From assembly GCA_946613195.1 (NCBI GenBank), contig CAMOFE010000002.1:1-60256 (forward strand): a stretch of 60,256 bases of DNA. The letters are read 5' to 3'. The DNA is from an uncultured Alphaproteobacteria bacterium. Lineage in GTDB: Bacteria > Pseudomonadota > Alphaproteobacteria > Rs-D84. This document shows positions 44,529 to 53,898 of the stretch, in pieces. The stretch's first letter is position 1. Every line of letters begins with the position of its first letter. Made by a program: the position numbers and the translations under genes. The notes under the pieces were generated by a model. The model was not told where the DNA came from. It worked only from the letters and a program-made list of their open reading frames with translations, and did not search any database.

Positions 44529-46919
44529 ATGTTTATGCGTTTTTTTGCACCTGTATTGGGTGCTGTTTGTGGCGGTATTGTTGGTGTTTTACCTGTTATG
44601 GCGGATGCGGGTGCGTCATCTGTGCGCGGTGGAACGATTCGGATTTCACCTGCGGCGGCGCGTTCGTTTACGTCTGCGCGGGCAATTACGCCGGGGACAA
44701 CTAATACCAGTGGAACAGTCGGTTCGGTTGCACAAATGGCGACAAATACTGGGAATGCGGGCGGTACCGTTAATCCACGATTTTCTTATACCCAGGGGCT
44801 GGGTGGTACCAGTACGATTTCTGCGCAAACCATTCGTCCGACACCTTTAACACTGTTGCCGGGTGGTGGCGGTGGTAATATAACATTATCTATGGTGCAA
44901 CAGTTAATTGATCAATCTCAAATTCATGGCAGTGAATATATATATATTGATGGAAACCAGGTATTCCTGGATATTAACAAGTTACAACAAATCTTGGGTG
45001 GCGGAACACCAGGGGCCAGTGGCAATGACGGTCGCGAAATTGAACTGGGGACCAGTGGTAATACACTGCAATGGCGTTATGTGGGTGAACCAGATACGGC
45101 ATGGCGTGTATTATATACTTTTGTGGCTGGGAATGATGGTCAGCCGGGCGCACCCGGTGCACCAGGAACCCCAGGCGCAGATGGTAAATCTGCATATGAA
45201 ATATGGCAGGAATTGGGTTACACCGGCACAGAACAAGATTTTATAGACAGCCTGAAAGGTGAAAAAGGCGACCAGGGTGAACAAGGTATCCAAGGTATTC
45301 AGGGTATCCAAGGGCCCGCGGGTGCAGATGGTGCCGCGGGTGCGGCTGGTGCCGATGGACGTGAAATTGAATTGCGCCCAGATATCAGAATTGTTGATGG
45401 AAACGAACAACGTTGGATTCAATGGCGATATAAAGATAGCCCGGAAACAGAATGGACAGATTTAATCCAGATATTTGATGGTATTGCGGGCGGTCAGGGC
45501 GAACAAGGTATTCAAGGCGAACAGGGCCCTGCGGGTCCGCAAGGTGAACCGGGTCAGCCTGGTGCGGATGGTAAATCTGCATATGAAATATGGCAGGAAT
45601 TGGGTTACACCGGCACAGAACAAGATTTTATAGACAGTCTGAAAGGCCCAAAAGGCGACAAGGGTGACAAGGGTGATACTGGTGCGACGGGTCCTGCTGG
45701 TCCGCAAGGTGCGGCGGGTGCCGATGGTTCTGCTGGTAAAATGAGGATAAGATATGTTCGTTTAGCAACGGATGGTGAACCAAGAATAGAAAACGCTGGT
45801 ACTGATACAAACGCTGTTCTAGATTTTTGGATTCCAAAAGGAGAAAAGGGAGATACGGGTCCACAAGGTCCACAGGGGCCTGCTGGACAAGATGGTGCAA
45901 TTGGACCACAGGGGCCACAAGGGCCAGAAGGTCCCCAAGGTCCACAAGGTCCACAAGGGCCAGAAGGTCCACAGGGGCCACAAGGACCTGCTGGCGCACC
46001 CGGTGCTGCTGGTGGTGCAACGAATGTGACTGTTGGCAGTGTTACCACAGGTGCCCCAAATGTAGAGGGAGTATATAATTCTGATCGTACTGAATTAACA
46101 TTAAACTTTACATTACCCGAGGGGCGTGAAGGTCCAGCTGGACAAGACGGTGCGACAGGTCCACAAGGGCCAAAGGGAGATAAAGGCGACAAAGGCGACA
46201 AGGGCGACAAGGGTGATACTGGTGCGACGGGTCCTGCTGGTTCCCAAGGTCCGCAGGGTCCAAAAGGCGACAAGGGTGACAAGGGTGATACTGGTGCGAC
46301 GGGTCCTGCTGGTCCGCAAGGTGCGGCGGGTGCCGATGGTTCTGCTGGTAAAATGAGGATAAGATATGTTCGTTTAGCAACGGATGGTGAACCAAGAATA
46401 GAAAACGCTGGTACTGATACAAACGCTGTTCTAGATTTTTGGATTCCAAAAGGAGAAAAGGGAGATACGGGTCCACAAGGTCCACAGGGGCCTGCTGGAC
46501 AAGATGGTGCAATTGGACCACAGGGTTTGCCTGGGCAAGACGGACGTCCCGTGGTATTGAGTATTCAAGATGGTTGGATTGTATGGCAATACGAAAGTGA
46601 AACTTCTTGGAGACAATTAATAAAAGTGTCTGATTTGCAGGGCGAAACACCAACTGTTCAGCCATTAGAGGTCGTTGTGAACCACTATGAATCAATCGGG
46701 TGTGACCAACCATTAAGAATTGAAAAAGATCCTACAAGTACAGATACTTTGTTGCGATTGAATTTCTATATTCCAAAATGCGAACCAGAAACACCAAATC
46801 TATGTGAACCAAATGCTAGTTGGGATGTTGTGTGGGTAAAATTGGTTGATGGGCAAGAGCAATGTGTCAAAGTCCTAAAAGATACAGCTGGCCAAATGCC
46901 ACCAAATTACCAATCTTAA
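44529..46919 (+). CDS. Secreted collagen-like (Gly-X-Y) repeat protein with phage-tail-fibre-like motifs
   Basis: Long G-X-Y tracts ([34 protein letters not shown] etc). The motif [29 protein letters not shown] occurs twice, and there is a hydrophobic signal-like N-terminus. The start is uncertain: ATG 44529 follows GGAG at a 9-nt spacing, there is another ATG at 44514, and the track ORF begins with GTG at 44475. Confidence 0.8.
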   Translation: MFMRFFAPVLGAVCGGIVGVLPVMADAGASSVRGGTIRISPAAARSFTSARAITPGTTNTSGTVGSVAQMATNTGNAGGTVNPRFSYTQGLGGTSTISAQTIRPTPLTLLPGGGGGNITLSMVQQLIDQSQIHGSEYIYIDGNQVFLDINKLQQILGGGTPGASGNDGREIELGTSGNTLQWRYVGEPDTAWRVLYTFVAGNDGQPGAPGAPGTPGADGKSAYEIWQELGYTGTEQDFIDSLKGEKGDQGEQGIQGIQGIQGPAGADGAAGAAGADGREIELRPDIRIVDGNEQRWIQWRYKDSPETEWTDLIQIFDGIAGGQGEQGIQGEQGPAGPQGEPGQPGADGKSAYEIWQELGYTGTEQDFIDSLKGPKGDKGDKGDTGATGPAGPQGAAGADGSAGKMRIRYVRLATDGEPRIENAGTDTNAVLDFWIPKGEKGDTGPQGPQGPAGQDGAIGPQGPQGPEGPQGPQGPQGPEGPQGPQGPAGAPGAAGGATNVTVGSVTTGAPNVEGVYNSDRTELTLNFTLPEGREGPAGQDGATGPQGPKGDKGDKGDKGDKGDTGATGPAGSQGPQGPKGDKGDKGDTGATGPAGPQGAAGADGSAGKMRIRYVRLATDGEPRIENAGTDTNAVLDFWIPKGEKGDTGPQGPQGPAGQDGAIGPQGLPGQDGRPVVLSIQDGWIVWQYESETSWRQLIKVSDLQGETPTVQPLEVVVNHYESIGCDQPLRIEKDPTSTDTLLRLNFYIPKCEPETPNLCEPNASWDVVWVKLVDGQEQCVKVLKDTAGQMPPNYQS
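45180..45259 (+). repeat. 80-nt direct repeat copy 1 ([24 protein letters not shown] module)
   Basis: Identical to 45567-45646 except for one mismatch at 45251. Confidence 0.85.
45567..45646 (+). repeat. 80-nt direct repeat copy 2
   Basis: See 45180-45259. Confidence 0.85.
45648..45913 (+). repeat. 266-nt direct repeat copy 1 inside the collagen-like gene
   Basis: By eye it is identical to 46260-46525 and encodes [89 protein letters not shown]. Confidence 0.85.
46260..46525 (+). repeat. 266-nt direct repeat copy 2
   Basis: See 45648-45913. The copies start 612 nt apart, in frame. Confidence 0.85.
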
Positions 46920-46924
46920 TGTAA

Positions 46925-46960
46925 AAAAATCCCGACATAAATTGTCAGGATTTTTATATT
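46925..46960 (+). terminator. Intrinsic terminator
   Basis: ATCCCGACA-TAAAT-TGTCAGGAT (one mismatch) followed by a T-rich run. Confidence 0.6.
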
Positions 46961-47017
46961 TTTCGCACTTGCATTTTTGTTGTTGGTTCTATATAATAAC
47001 CACCGCAACCACCCGCG

Positions 47018-47105
47018 GAGCGTTGGCAGAGTGGTAATGCAGCGGATTGCTAATCCGTGACCGTGTTATAGCGGTCCATAGGTTCGAGTCCTATACGCTC
47101 CGCCA
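47018..47105 (+). tRNA. tRNA-Ser(GCU)
   Basis: GGAGCGT TG GCAGAGTGGTAATGC ... GCGGA TTGCTAA TCCGT, a long variable arm, TAGG TTCGAGT CCTAT ACGCTCC G CCA. Confidence 0.9.
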
Positions 47106-47241
47106 AAAAATTTTGATATGACAATACTTTTTATAAACTTTTGTTGTTGTCGTTAATTTGTTTGCCGTTGCAAACCGGTATATTTTGTTTGCAAAAAAAT
47201 CTTTATTTCTATATCATTTTTTATAATCAAAGGAAAAAATT

Positions 47242-48669
47242 ATGCAGATTAAATTATTTAATACAATGTCGAGAAAACTGGAAGTGTTTCAGCCTTTAAC
47301 CCCAGGAACGGTCAAGTTTTATGGTTGCGGTCCAACGGTTTATCATTATGCACATATTGGAAATCTGCGAACGATGATTCACAACGATATATTAAAGCGC
47401 ATGTTTTTAGAAAACGGGTATGATGTAAATCATGTTATGAATATAACAGATGTGGGACATCTGACAAATGATGAAGATGATTCTGGTGAAGATAAAATGG
47501 AAAAGGGCGCCGCGCGTGATAACAAGTCTGTATGGGATGTGGCGCAATTTTATCTGGATGAATTTTTACATGATTTTGACGACTTAAATTTAATGCGACC
47601 AACAGCAATGCCACGCGCAACTGATTACATTGCGGAACAAATTGATTTGGTAAAAAAATTAGAGTCATTGGGTTATACATATAAAATTCCAAACGATGGT
47701 ATTTATTACGACACATCAAAATTCGCCGCGTACGGTCAATTGACTGGTGGGTCTTTGGCGGGCAATCGTGCGGGCGCGCGCGTAACATTTAATGACGGAA
47801 AACGAAACCCAACAGATTTTGCGTTGTGGAAGTTTTCACCAACAGATACAAAACGCCAAATGGAATGGGACAGTCCGTGGGGCGTTGGTTTCCCTGGTTG
47901 GCACGCCGAATGCAGCGCGATGAGTATGAAATTACTGGGGAATCATTTTGATATTCACACCGGCGGTGAAGATTTGTCGCGTGTACATCATCAAAATGAA
48001 ATTGCGCAAAGCGAACCAATTACGGGTGCTCCATGGGTAAATTATTGGTTGCATTGGTCGTTTTTGGTTGATAAATCTGGTGAAAAAATGGCTAAATCCA
48101 AGGGTGAATTTTTGGGTTTAGACGCGGTACGTAAACGCGGGTACGACCCGATGGTTTATCGTTATTTAATAACCTTGGGGCATTTCCAAACCCAACTGGC
48201 ATTTTCGTGGGATGCGATGGATTCTGCGGCGGCAGGCTATAAAAACATTATTCGGCGTGTTGCAGATATATTGGCAGACAAAACACCTGGCAGTATAGAG
48301 CAGGGTGTATTTGATACTTGGCACGATAGAATTTTGGCACCAGTATCAGATAATCTGAAAACAGCAGAAAGTTTGGTTGTAATTCAAGAATTATTAAAAG
48401 ACACATCTGTAAACGCTGCAACAAAACGAGAATTGTTTGTTTTTATAGACAGGTTGTTGGGATTACAATTTATTGACCGCGCAGAAAAATTGTTGGCACA
48501 AGAAAACATAACTGCCCCGGATGAAGTAGTTTTGCTGGCAGAACAACGCATAGCGGCGAAAAATAGCAAGGATTGGGCGCAAGCCGATGCTTTACGCGAA
48601 CATATTGCCGCCCTTGGTTGGGCTGTTTTAGACAGTAAGAACGGTTATAAATTGGTTAAAAAAGCCTGA
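47242..48669 (+). CDS. cysS: Cysteine--tRNA ligase
   Basis: YGCGPTVYHYAHIGNLR (HIGH), GWHAECSAM and KMAKSKG (KMSKS). Confidence 0.9.
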   Translation: MQIKLFNTMSRKLEVFQPLTPGTVKFYGCGPTVYHYAHIGNLRTMIHNDILKRMFLENGYDVNHVMNITDVGHLTNDEDDSGEDKMEKGAARDNKSVWDVAQFYLDEFLHDFDDLNLMRPTAMPRATDYIAEQIDLVKKLESLGYTYKIPNDGIYYDTSKFAAYGQLTGGSLAGNRAGARVTFNDGKRNPTDFALWKFSPTDTKRQMEWDSPWGVGFPGWHAECSAMSMKLLGNHFDIHTGGEDLSRVHHQNEIAQSEPITGAPWVNYWLHWSFLVDKSGEKMAKSKGEFLGLDAVRKRGYDPMVYRYLITLGHFQTQLAFSWDAMDSAAAGYKNIIRRVADILADKTPGSIEQGVFDTWHDRILAPVSDNLKTAESLVVIQELLKDTSVNAATKRELFVFIDRLLGLQFIDRAEKLLAQENITAPDEVVLLAEQRIAAKNSKDWAQADALREHIAALGWAVLDSKNGYKLVKKA

Positions 48670-48763
48670 ACTAAAAATATTGTTGTTTTTTGCATAAAAA
48701 TACCTTGAATTTTTAGTATTCTTGGTGTATATTTCGCGCTGTACAAACATAAGGGAATTTTCC

Positions 48764-49294
48764 ATGAACTATCCGTATATGCCAAAATCTACCGCTTTGT
48801 GGCTGATTGAAAACACCGCTTTGACTTTTGAGCAAATTGCAGATTTCTGCGGTATGCACGAACTAGAAGTTAAAAATATTGCAGATGCAGAATCCAGCAA
48901 AGTTCAAGGTCTGAACCCAATATTGAATGGGCAACTGACACGCGAAGACATCGCACATTGCGAAGCAGACCCAACCGCGCGATTGACACTGCGTGAAGAA
49001 ATTGTTCGTGCCCAGACCGCCCAGAATAAACGTGGCATCGGTTACACGCCAAAACTGCATCGTCAAAACAGACTGGGTGGCATTTTGTGGATTATAAAAA
49101 ATTATCCAGAATTGTCTGATGGTCAGATTGCAAAATTAATGCGCAGCACGAATCCGACTGTGTCATCTGTGCGTAACAAAACGCACAAGTCTTATTCTAT
49201 TATACAAATTCAGAGTCCATTGGTTTTGGGGCTGATTTCTGAATCTGCATTGCACGAAGCAATCGCAAAAGCACAGAAAACCAATAAAAAATAA
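48764..49294 (+). CDS. trcR: DUF1013 family protein (cell-cycle transcriptional regulator TrcR-like)
   Basis: MPKSTALWLIENTALTFEQIADFCGMHELEVKNIADAE...GLNPILNGQLTREDIAHCEADP matches the conserved alphaproteobacterial DUF1013 N-terminus. The ATG is preceded by AAGGGA. Confidence 0.75.
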   Translation: MNYPYMPKSTALWLIENTALTFEQIADFCGMHELEVKNIADAESSKVQGLNPILNGQLTREDIAHCEADPTARLTLREEIVRAQTAQNKRGIGYTPKLHRQNRLGGILWIIKNYPELSDGQIAKLMRSTNPTVSSVRNKTHKSYSIIQIQSPLVLGLISESALHEAIAKAQKTNKK

Positions 49295-49326
49295 TTATTT
49301 AACCTTTTTTGTACGGGGGTTGGCCA

Positions 49327-51411
49327 ATGGCACAAAAACTGGACGAAGCGACCAAGTTATTAATAGAAACATTACCTGAAAATTTACAAAAACTGGCATT
49401 TTCTGCGGTAGAGGCAGGTTATGTATCGCAAATGGATTTTAATGCCGCAACCGAGGCGGACGAAGTCCCCAGTGATGAACAGGGCGAAGTTCTGGATTTT
49501 TTCCAACAAGATTTAGGATTGGAATTTCTGGAATCTGATGCGTATTCCAATCGCATGGACAAATATTATGCCGATGAAGACGATGACGAACCACGCGACA
49601 AAACACGCAACTTGTTAAATGCAGATGCAGAACAAGTTGATGTTAATGACGAAGACTATGACCATTATGCCAAACAACTGGAACGCAGTCAAACCGGCAA
49701 TTTAGTTTTGGGCATTCAAGATTCTGTTCAATCATACTTGAAACAAATTGGCACGGTTCAACTGTTGACAGCCGCCGGCGAAATCGCAATTGCACAACGA
49801 ATAGAGGCGGCATCGCGTTTGGTTGTGTACGGTTTATGCGAAAGCCCAATGACAATCCAAGCAATGCTAGATTGGTATCAACAATTATTAAATGAAGATA
49901 TTCGTTTACGTTACATTGTTAATTTGGAAGTTATGTACTCTTCTGAATCTGAACAAAAATCATTGGCGGCATTATCTGAAACCCTGAAATCCAAGGGTGT
50001 TGAACACGTAGAAGATTTGGATGATTCTGAACTGGATGATTTAGAAGAAGCATCCGTCAGCACCGAAGACGAAGAAGATGAAGAAGACGAAGATGACGAT
50101 GAAATAAAGAAAGAGGACAATTCACGCGGGACATCGGGCGTACCAATTCCAGTTATGGAAGAATCTTTGTTGCCGATGATAACGGATTTGTTTGCAAAAA
50201 TTAAACGCGTGTTTAACAGTATGCAAAAATTACAGGCACAGCGATTGGATAACTTGCTGACATCAAACAAACCTGATGTGGCTCTGGAAAAGAAATACAC
50301 CCAAATGCGCCTAAAATTGTTTGAGAACGTCAGTAAAATTCGTCTGAATGATGATCGTATCGCAGAAATATTGGAACAATTAACCAAGCGCGATCAATTA
50401 TTAATGGGACTGGAAGGGAAATTATTGCGTTTGGCATTGGCTAATCGTGTTAAACGCGAAGATTTCTTGGCTGAATACACCGGGAATGAAATAAATCGCA
50501 ACTGGGTAAAAAAATTAGCCAAGAGTAAAAATAACACATTGGCGAACTTTGCAAAAAAACACGAAAAAGATATCTTGAAAATCCAAGAAGATATTACAAA
50601 GATTGCGATTGAAACCGGCCAGCCAACCGCAGAATATAAAAATGTTGTTGAACTGGTTCGCCGTGGCCAGGCCGAAGCCGCACGCGCCAAACGCGAAATG
50701 ATAGAGGCAAACTTGCGTTTGGTTATTAAATTTGCGAAAAAATCTAGCAATCGCGGACTGGGATTAGATTTTTCAGACTTGGTTCAAGATGGTAATATCG
50801 GATTGATGAAGGCTGTTGATAAATTTGACTATCGTCTGGGGAACAAATTTTCTACATATGCGACAAACTGGATTCAGCAAGGTATATCACGCAGTATCGC
50901 CGACCAGGCGCGAACAATTCGTATCCCGGTACATATGATTGATAATATACACAAGATTCAGCGTGCTACGCGCCAATTTATGCATAAATACGGTCGTCAA
51001 CCAACAGCCGAAGAATTATCCAAGATTATTTATTTGCCGGTGGACAAGATTCACAAGGCATTAAAGGTTAACTTGCGACCAATTTCATTAGAGGCACCCG
51101 TGGGTACCGAAGACGACAGTTCGCGCATTGAAATTATTGCAGACGAAACCGCCAAGAATCCATTTACATCGGCGGCGCAAAAGAATTTGCGTAAAATCGT
51201 AACGCAAATTTTGTCGGAACTGGACCCAAAAGAAGAAACAGTTCTGCGTCAACGTTTCGGAATGAGTACTAATAAAACCAGCACCCTGGAAGAAGTTGGG
51301 GAATACATCGGTGTCACCCGTGAACGCATCCGCCAGATAGAACAAAAGGCACTGAATAAATTAAAACATCCAACGCGCGCACGCAAATTGCGCAGTTTCT
51401 TGGAAGATTAA
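49327..51411 (+). CDS. rpoD: RNA polymerase sigma factor RpoD
   Basis: Region 1.2 YLKQIGTVQLLTAAGEIAIAQRIE, an acidic insert, region 2 DLVQDGNIGLMKAVDKFDYRLGNKFSTYATNWIQQ, and region 4 TLEEVGEYIGVTRERIRQIE. Confidence 0.9.
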   Translation: MAQKLDEATKLLIETLPENLQKLAFSAVEAGYVSQMDFNAATEADEVPSDEQGEVLDFFQQDLGLEFLESDAYSNRMDKYYADEDDDEPRDKTRNLLNADAEQVDVNDEDYDHYAKQLERSQTGNLVLGIQDSVQSYLKQIGTVQLLTAAGEIAIAQRIEAASRLVVYGLCESPMTIQAMLDWYQQLLNEDIRLRYIVNLEVMYSSESEQKSLAALSETLKSKGVEHVEDLDDSELDDLEEASVSTEDEEDEEDEDDDEIKKEDNSRGTSGVPIPVMEESLLPMITDLFAKIKRVFNSMQKLQAQRLDNLLTSNKPDVALEKKYTQMRLKLFENVSKIRLNDDRIAEILEQLTKRDQLLMGLEGKLLRLALANRVKREDFLAEYTGNEINRNWVKKLAKSKNNTLANFAKKHEKDILKIQEDITKIAIETGQPTAEYKNVVELVRRGQAEAARAKREMIEANLRLVIKFAKKSSNRGLGLDFSDLVQDGNIGLMKAVDKFDYRLGNKFSTYATNWIQQGISRSIADQARTIRIPVHMIDNIHKIQRATRQFMHKYGRQPTAEELSKIIYLPVDKIHKALKVNLRPISLEAPVGTEDDSSRIEIIADETAKNPFTSAAQKNLRKIVTQILSELDPKEETVLRQRFGMSTNKTSTLEEVGEYIGVTRERIRQIEQKALNKLKHPTRARKLRSFLED

Positions 51412-51440
51412 AATCGCGCCAACGGCGCGATTTTTTTTTA
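51410..51440 (+). terminator. Intrinsic terminator after rpoD
   Basis: ATCGCGCC-AAC-GGCGCGAT followed by TTTTTTTTT. It has the same 8-bp stem as the terminators at 36104 and 53867. Confidence 0.8.
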
Positions 51441-51504
51441 GACAGAAAAAATTGTTGTTTGTTCTGATTTTCGGTGATATAAAAAAAGTAAAAGGTCAAA
51501 ACAT

Positions 51505-52110
51505 ATGAAAAAGAATACTTTGTTATTATGTTGTGGAATGTCGGGCAGTGGCAAATCCTATTTTATCAAAAACACATTACCGTCTGGTTTGTTTTATAAC
51601 CTGAAATCTGCGACAACGCGCAAAATGCGCGATGGCGAAAGCGAAGGAAAACCATATTATTTTCGTGATGAAAAATATTTTGATAAAACCCCGATGGCGA
51701 CACACTTGTTTGTGAACGAACAATTTTGGAAAACCGGGGAACAAAAATGGCTGTACGGTGTTCCAGAATCCGAAGTTTATGAACACGTTGGCCAGAATTT
51801 AACATACGATGTGATTCAGCCAAAATATGCACGTGAATTAATAGATTGGTTTTGTAATAAAAAACTGAATTATGTATATGATTTCAAGGTTGCATGGTTT
51901 TTACCACCGGCGCACCATATGGACATTGTATCAGAACGCGCAAATATGGAAAACGATATTGCGGTGCGCAAAAACAACACATGTACTGCGTATGATTTGT
52001 TGGATGCGGGATTATGGGTTGATTATATGCTGTGTCCGCTTGCAAGACAATTTGACGTGCGTTTGATAAAATATATTCAATCACTGATAATTACCCAAAA
52101 CATTAAATAA
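51505..52110 (+). CDS. Divergent guanylate-kinase-like P-loop nucleoside monophosphate kinase
   Basis: Walker A GMSGSGKS, followed by SATTRKMRDGESEGKPYYF (compare Gmk S.TTR.PR.GE..G..Y.F). The remainder diverges from canonical Gmk. Confidence 0.55.
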   Translation: MKKNTLLLCCGMSGSGKSYFIKNTLPSGLFYNLKSATTRKMRDGESEGKPYYFRDEKYFDKTPMATHLFVNEQFWKTGEQKWLYGVPESEVYEHVGQNLTYDVIQPKYARELIDWFCNKKLNYVYDFKVAWFLPPAHHMDIVSERANMENDIAVRKNNTCTAYDLLDAGLWVDYMLCPLARQFDVRLIKYIQSLIITQNIK

Positions 52111-52140
52111 AAAATCGCCAATCTTGGTGATTTTTATTTT
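52110..52140 (+). terminator. Intrinsic terminator
   Basis: ATCGCCA-ATCT-TGGTGAT (one G-U pair) followed by TTTTATTTT. Confidence 0.6.
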
Positions 52141-52241
52141 ATATATATTTTTCACTTGCGTTAAATTTCATAATTTTTCTACACTATAAAATGAATCCGA
52201 TGGATTTTAATTTTTATATCAAACAAAGGAAGGGTAACGAT

Positions 52242-52778
52242 ATGAGAATATATACATTCAGCACAATTTTATTATCGGTGTTGGCGATTTCATCTGCATA
52301 CGCAGACCTGGCATCAACGCAGTATGTACAATCTGGGGACACTGCGGTTGAACAACGCGTTGGCACCTATGCAGAAAACCAATGGAACGTTACCACCACC
52401 GCCAAAGGCACAATCACTGGTGCGATTAACGAATTGAACACGAACATTGGTGATGTGGGGAACACAGATGTTGCGACGCAACTGGGTACGAAACAGAACG
52501 CGAATCTGGGTACGAACAACAGTGCGGTAATTACGGACAATTCTGGGAACATCACGACCGGCAGTGTAACCGGCGGGATGATAGACAGTGCGACAATAAC
52601 GAACAGCAATGTTGCCAGCAATGCGGGTATAAAGATAGGGAAATTGAATTTACCATCGCCGACTAATTGCAGTGGCAGTTGTGGATTGATATACAATGCG
52701 GCGACCGGAACATACACGTGGGAGAATATGGGTCGTGGCAGTGATACCGCGCCGACCGGTGGTGTAACTGCGAACTAA
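52242..52778 (+). CDS. Secreted tail-fibre-like protein, paralog 1
   Basis: Start MRIYTFSTILLSVLAISSAYA (signal), preceded by AAGGAAGGG. Contains DLASTQYVQS..., TITGAINELN and NCSGSCGLIYNAATGTYTWENM. Colinear with the N-terminal half of the next ORF. Confidence 0.65.
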   Translation: MRIYTFSTILLSVLAISSAYADLASTQYVQSGDTAVEQRVGTYAENQWNVTTTAKGTITGAINELNTNIGDVGNTDVATQLGTKQNANLGTNNSAVITDNSGNITTGSVTGGMIDSATITNSNVASNAGIKIGKLNLPSPTNCSGSCGLIYNAATGTYTWENMGRGSDTAPTGGVTAN

Positions 52779-52892
52779 TCTCCCTTCGCTGGCGAAGGGG
52801 GGCCGCGAAAGCGGCGGGGGATAGTTGTCTGTCGCCAGTGTAAAGACGATGTCTAATAACACAACCACACAAGAGGAAGAAAGGGATCAGAT

Positions 52893-53855
52893 ATGAGAAT
52901 ATATACATTTACCACGATTTTATCGGTGTTGGCGGTTTCATCTGTGTATGCGGAACTGGCATCAACGGGGTACACAGATGCTGGGGATGCGGTGGTACTG
53001 AACAAAATAGGTACGCGTGATGCACAAACAGGTAATTGGGACACAAATGTTGGTGATGGTACAACGATTGTTGGTGCGATAAACGCGATAAAGGCGAAGA
53101 TAGGTAATATCCCCGCGAACAGCAGCATTGCGGCCCAGATAGCGACCAAGGTCGACAGTAATCTGGGGGATGCGAATCGTGCGGTAACGACCAGTGGCAG
53201 TGGTGCATTACAATCATCTGCCTTATTAACGGGCAGTCAGATAGCCAACAATACATTAACGAATGCGAACTTTGCGGGCGGGTTAGATATGGCAAAGATA
53301 GATATGCCCGATAACTGTACTGGCCAATGTATGTTGGTGTATAAAACGAACGAACAAAAGTATGTATGGGAAGAATTAACAGATGCGGCAGCCGCGCCCA
53401 GTTTAAGTGCCGATTATTGTGTCAATACCTATACATATGGTTATCAGAATGACAGTCGTGGTGCACGGGGTGCATTCTCATCCGATTGTACTGGTTGCAA
53501 CGATAATGAATGGCATGCAGATTTCAGTTATGGCACGGTAACTGGCATTGCCAGTTGTAACAGCACAGCGGGTGATAATCAGGATTATACATGGACAAAT
53601 CCGACCACAGCATCATCAGACAGTATGAGTAGCAGCAGTATTGGTCAATATTGCTGGTGTAAGATGACAGGGTTTAATGGTCAATCATTGTCGGTTGCGT
53701 CGTGGGTGTTCTACGCCGACTACGACGATGCGGACGGTTGCGCGTTCGGCTGCGGGTCCATCTGTGGGAGCGACGTTGGCGGGGTTCCCGTATTCCGCGG
53801 GGCGGTGTTTCGTTCTGCCGGCGTGACCAACACGGGCGCCGCAACGTGTAATTAA
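52893..53855 (+). CDS. Secreted tail-fibre-like protein, paralog 2, with extra Cys-rich C-terminal domain
   Basis: Start MRIYTFTTILSVLAVSSVYA, then ELASTGYTDA..., TIVGAINAIK and NCTGQCMLVYKTNEQKYVWEEL. The extra roughly 170 aa is Cys-rich. The last 150 nt of sequence before the stop codon are 67% GC. Confidence 0.65.
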   Translation: MRIYTFTTILSVLAVSSVYAELASTGYTDAGDAVVLNKIGTRDAQTGNWDTNVGDGTTIVGAINAIKAKIGNIPANSSIAAQIATKVDSNLGDANRAVTTSGSGALQSSALLTGSQIANNTLTNANFAGGLDMAKIDMPDNCTGQCMLVYKTNEQKYVWEELTDAAAAPSLSADYCVNTYTYGYQNDSRGARGAFSSDCTGCNDNEWHADFSYGTVTGIASCNSTAGDNQDYTWTNPTTASSDSMSSSSIGQYCWCKMTGFNGQSLSVASWVFYADYDDADGCAFGCGSICGSDVGGVPVFRGAVFRSAGVTNTGAATCN

Positions 53856-53865
53856 CAACCCGCAA

Positions 53866-53898
53866 CAAAAAATCGCGCCGGTGGCGCGATTTTTTTTA
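53866..53898. terminator. Bidirectional intrinsic terminator (paralog 2 / dnaK)
   Basis: AAAAAATCGCGCC-GGT-GGCGCGATTTTTTTT. Positions 53867-53895 are identical to 36104-36132. Confidence 0.8.

Noticed and set aside
45605-46282. 225-aa minus-strand ORF rich in P/G/S/C (plus several other 60-200-aa ORFs on both strands between 44.6 and 46.7 kb).
   Set aside because: These are antisense or alternative-frame artefacts of the GC-rich Gly-X-Y coding repeats. The plus-strand 814-aa frame with its signal peptide and collagen triplets explains the region.
49911-50387. 158-aa minus-strand ORF with a poly-Ser run.
   Set aside because: It is the reverse complement of the acidic (GAA/GAT-rich) insert of rpoD, which makes it an artefact.
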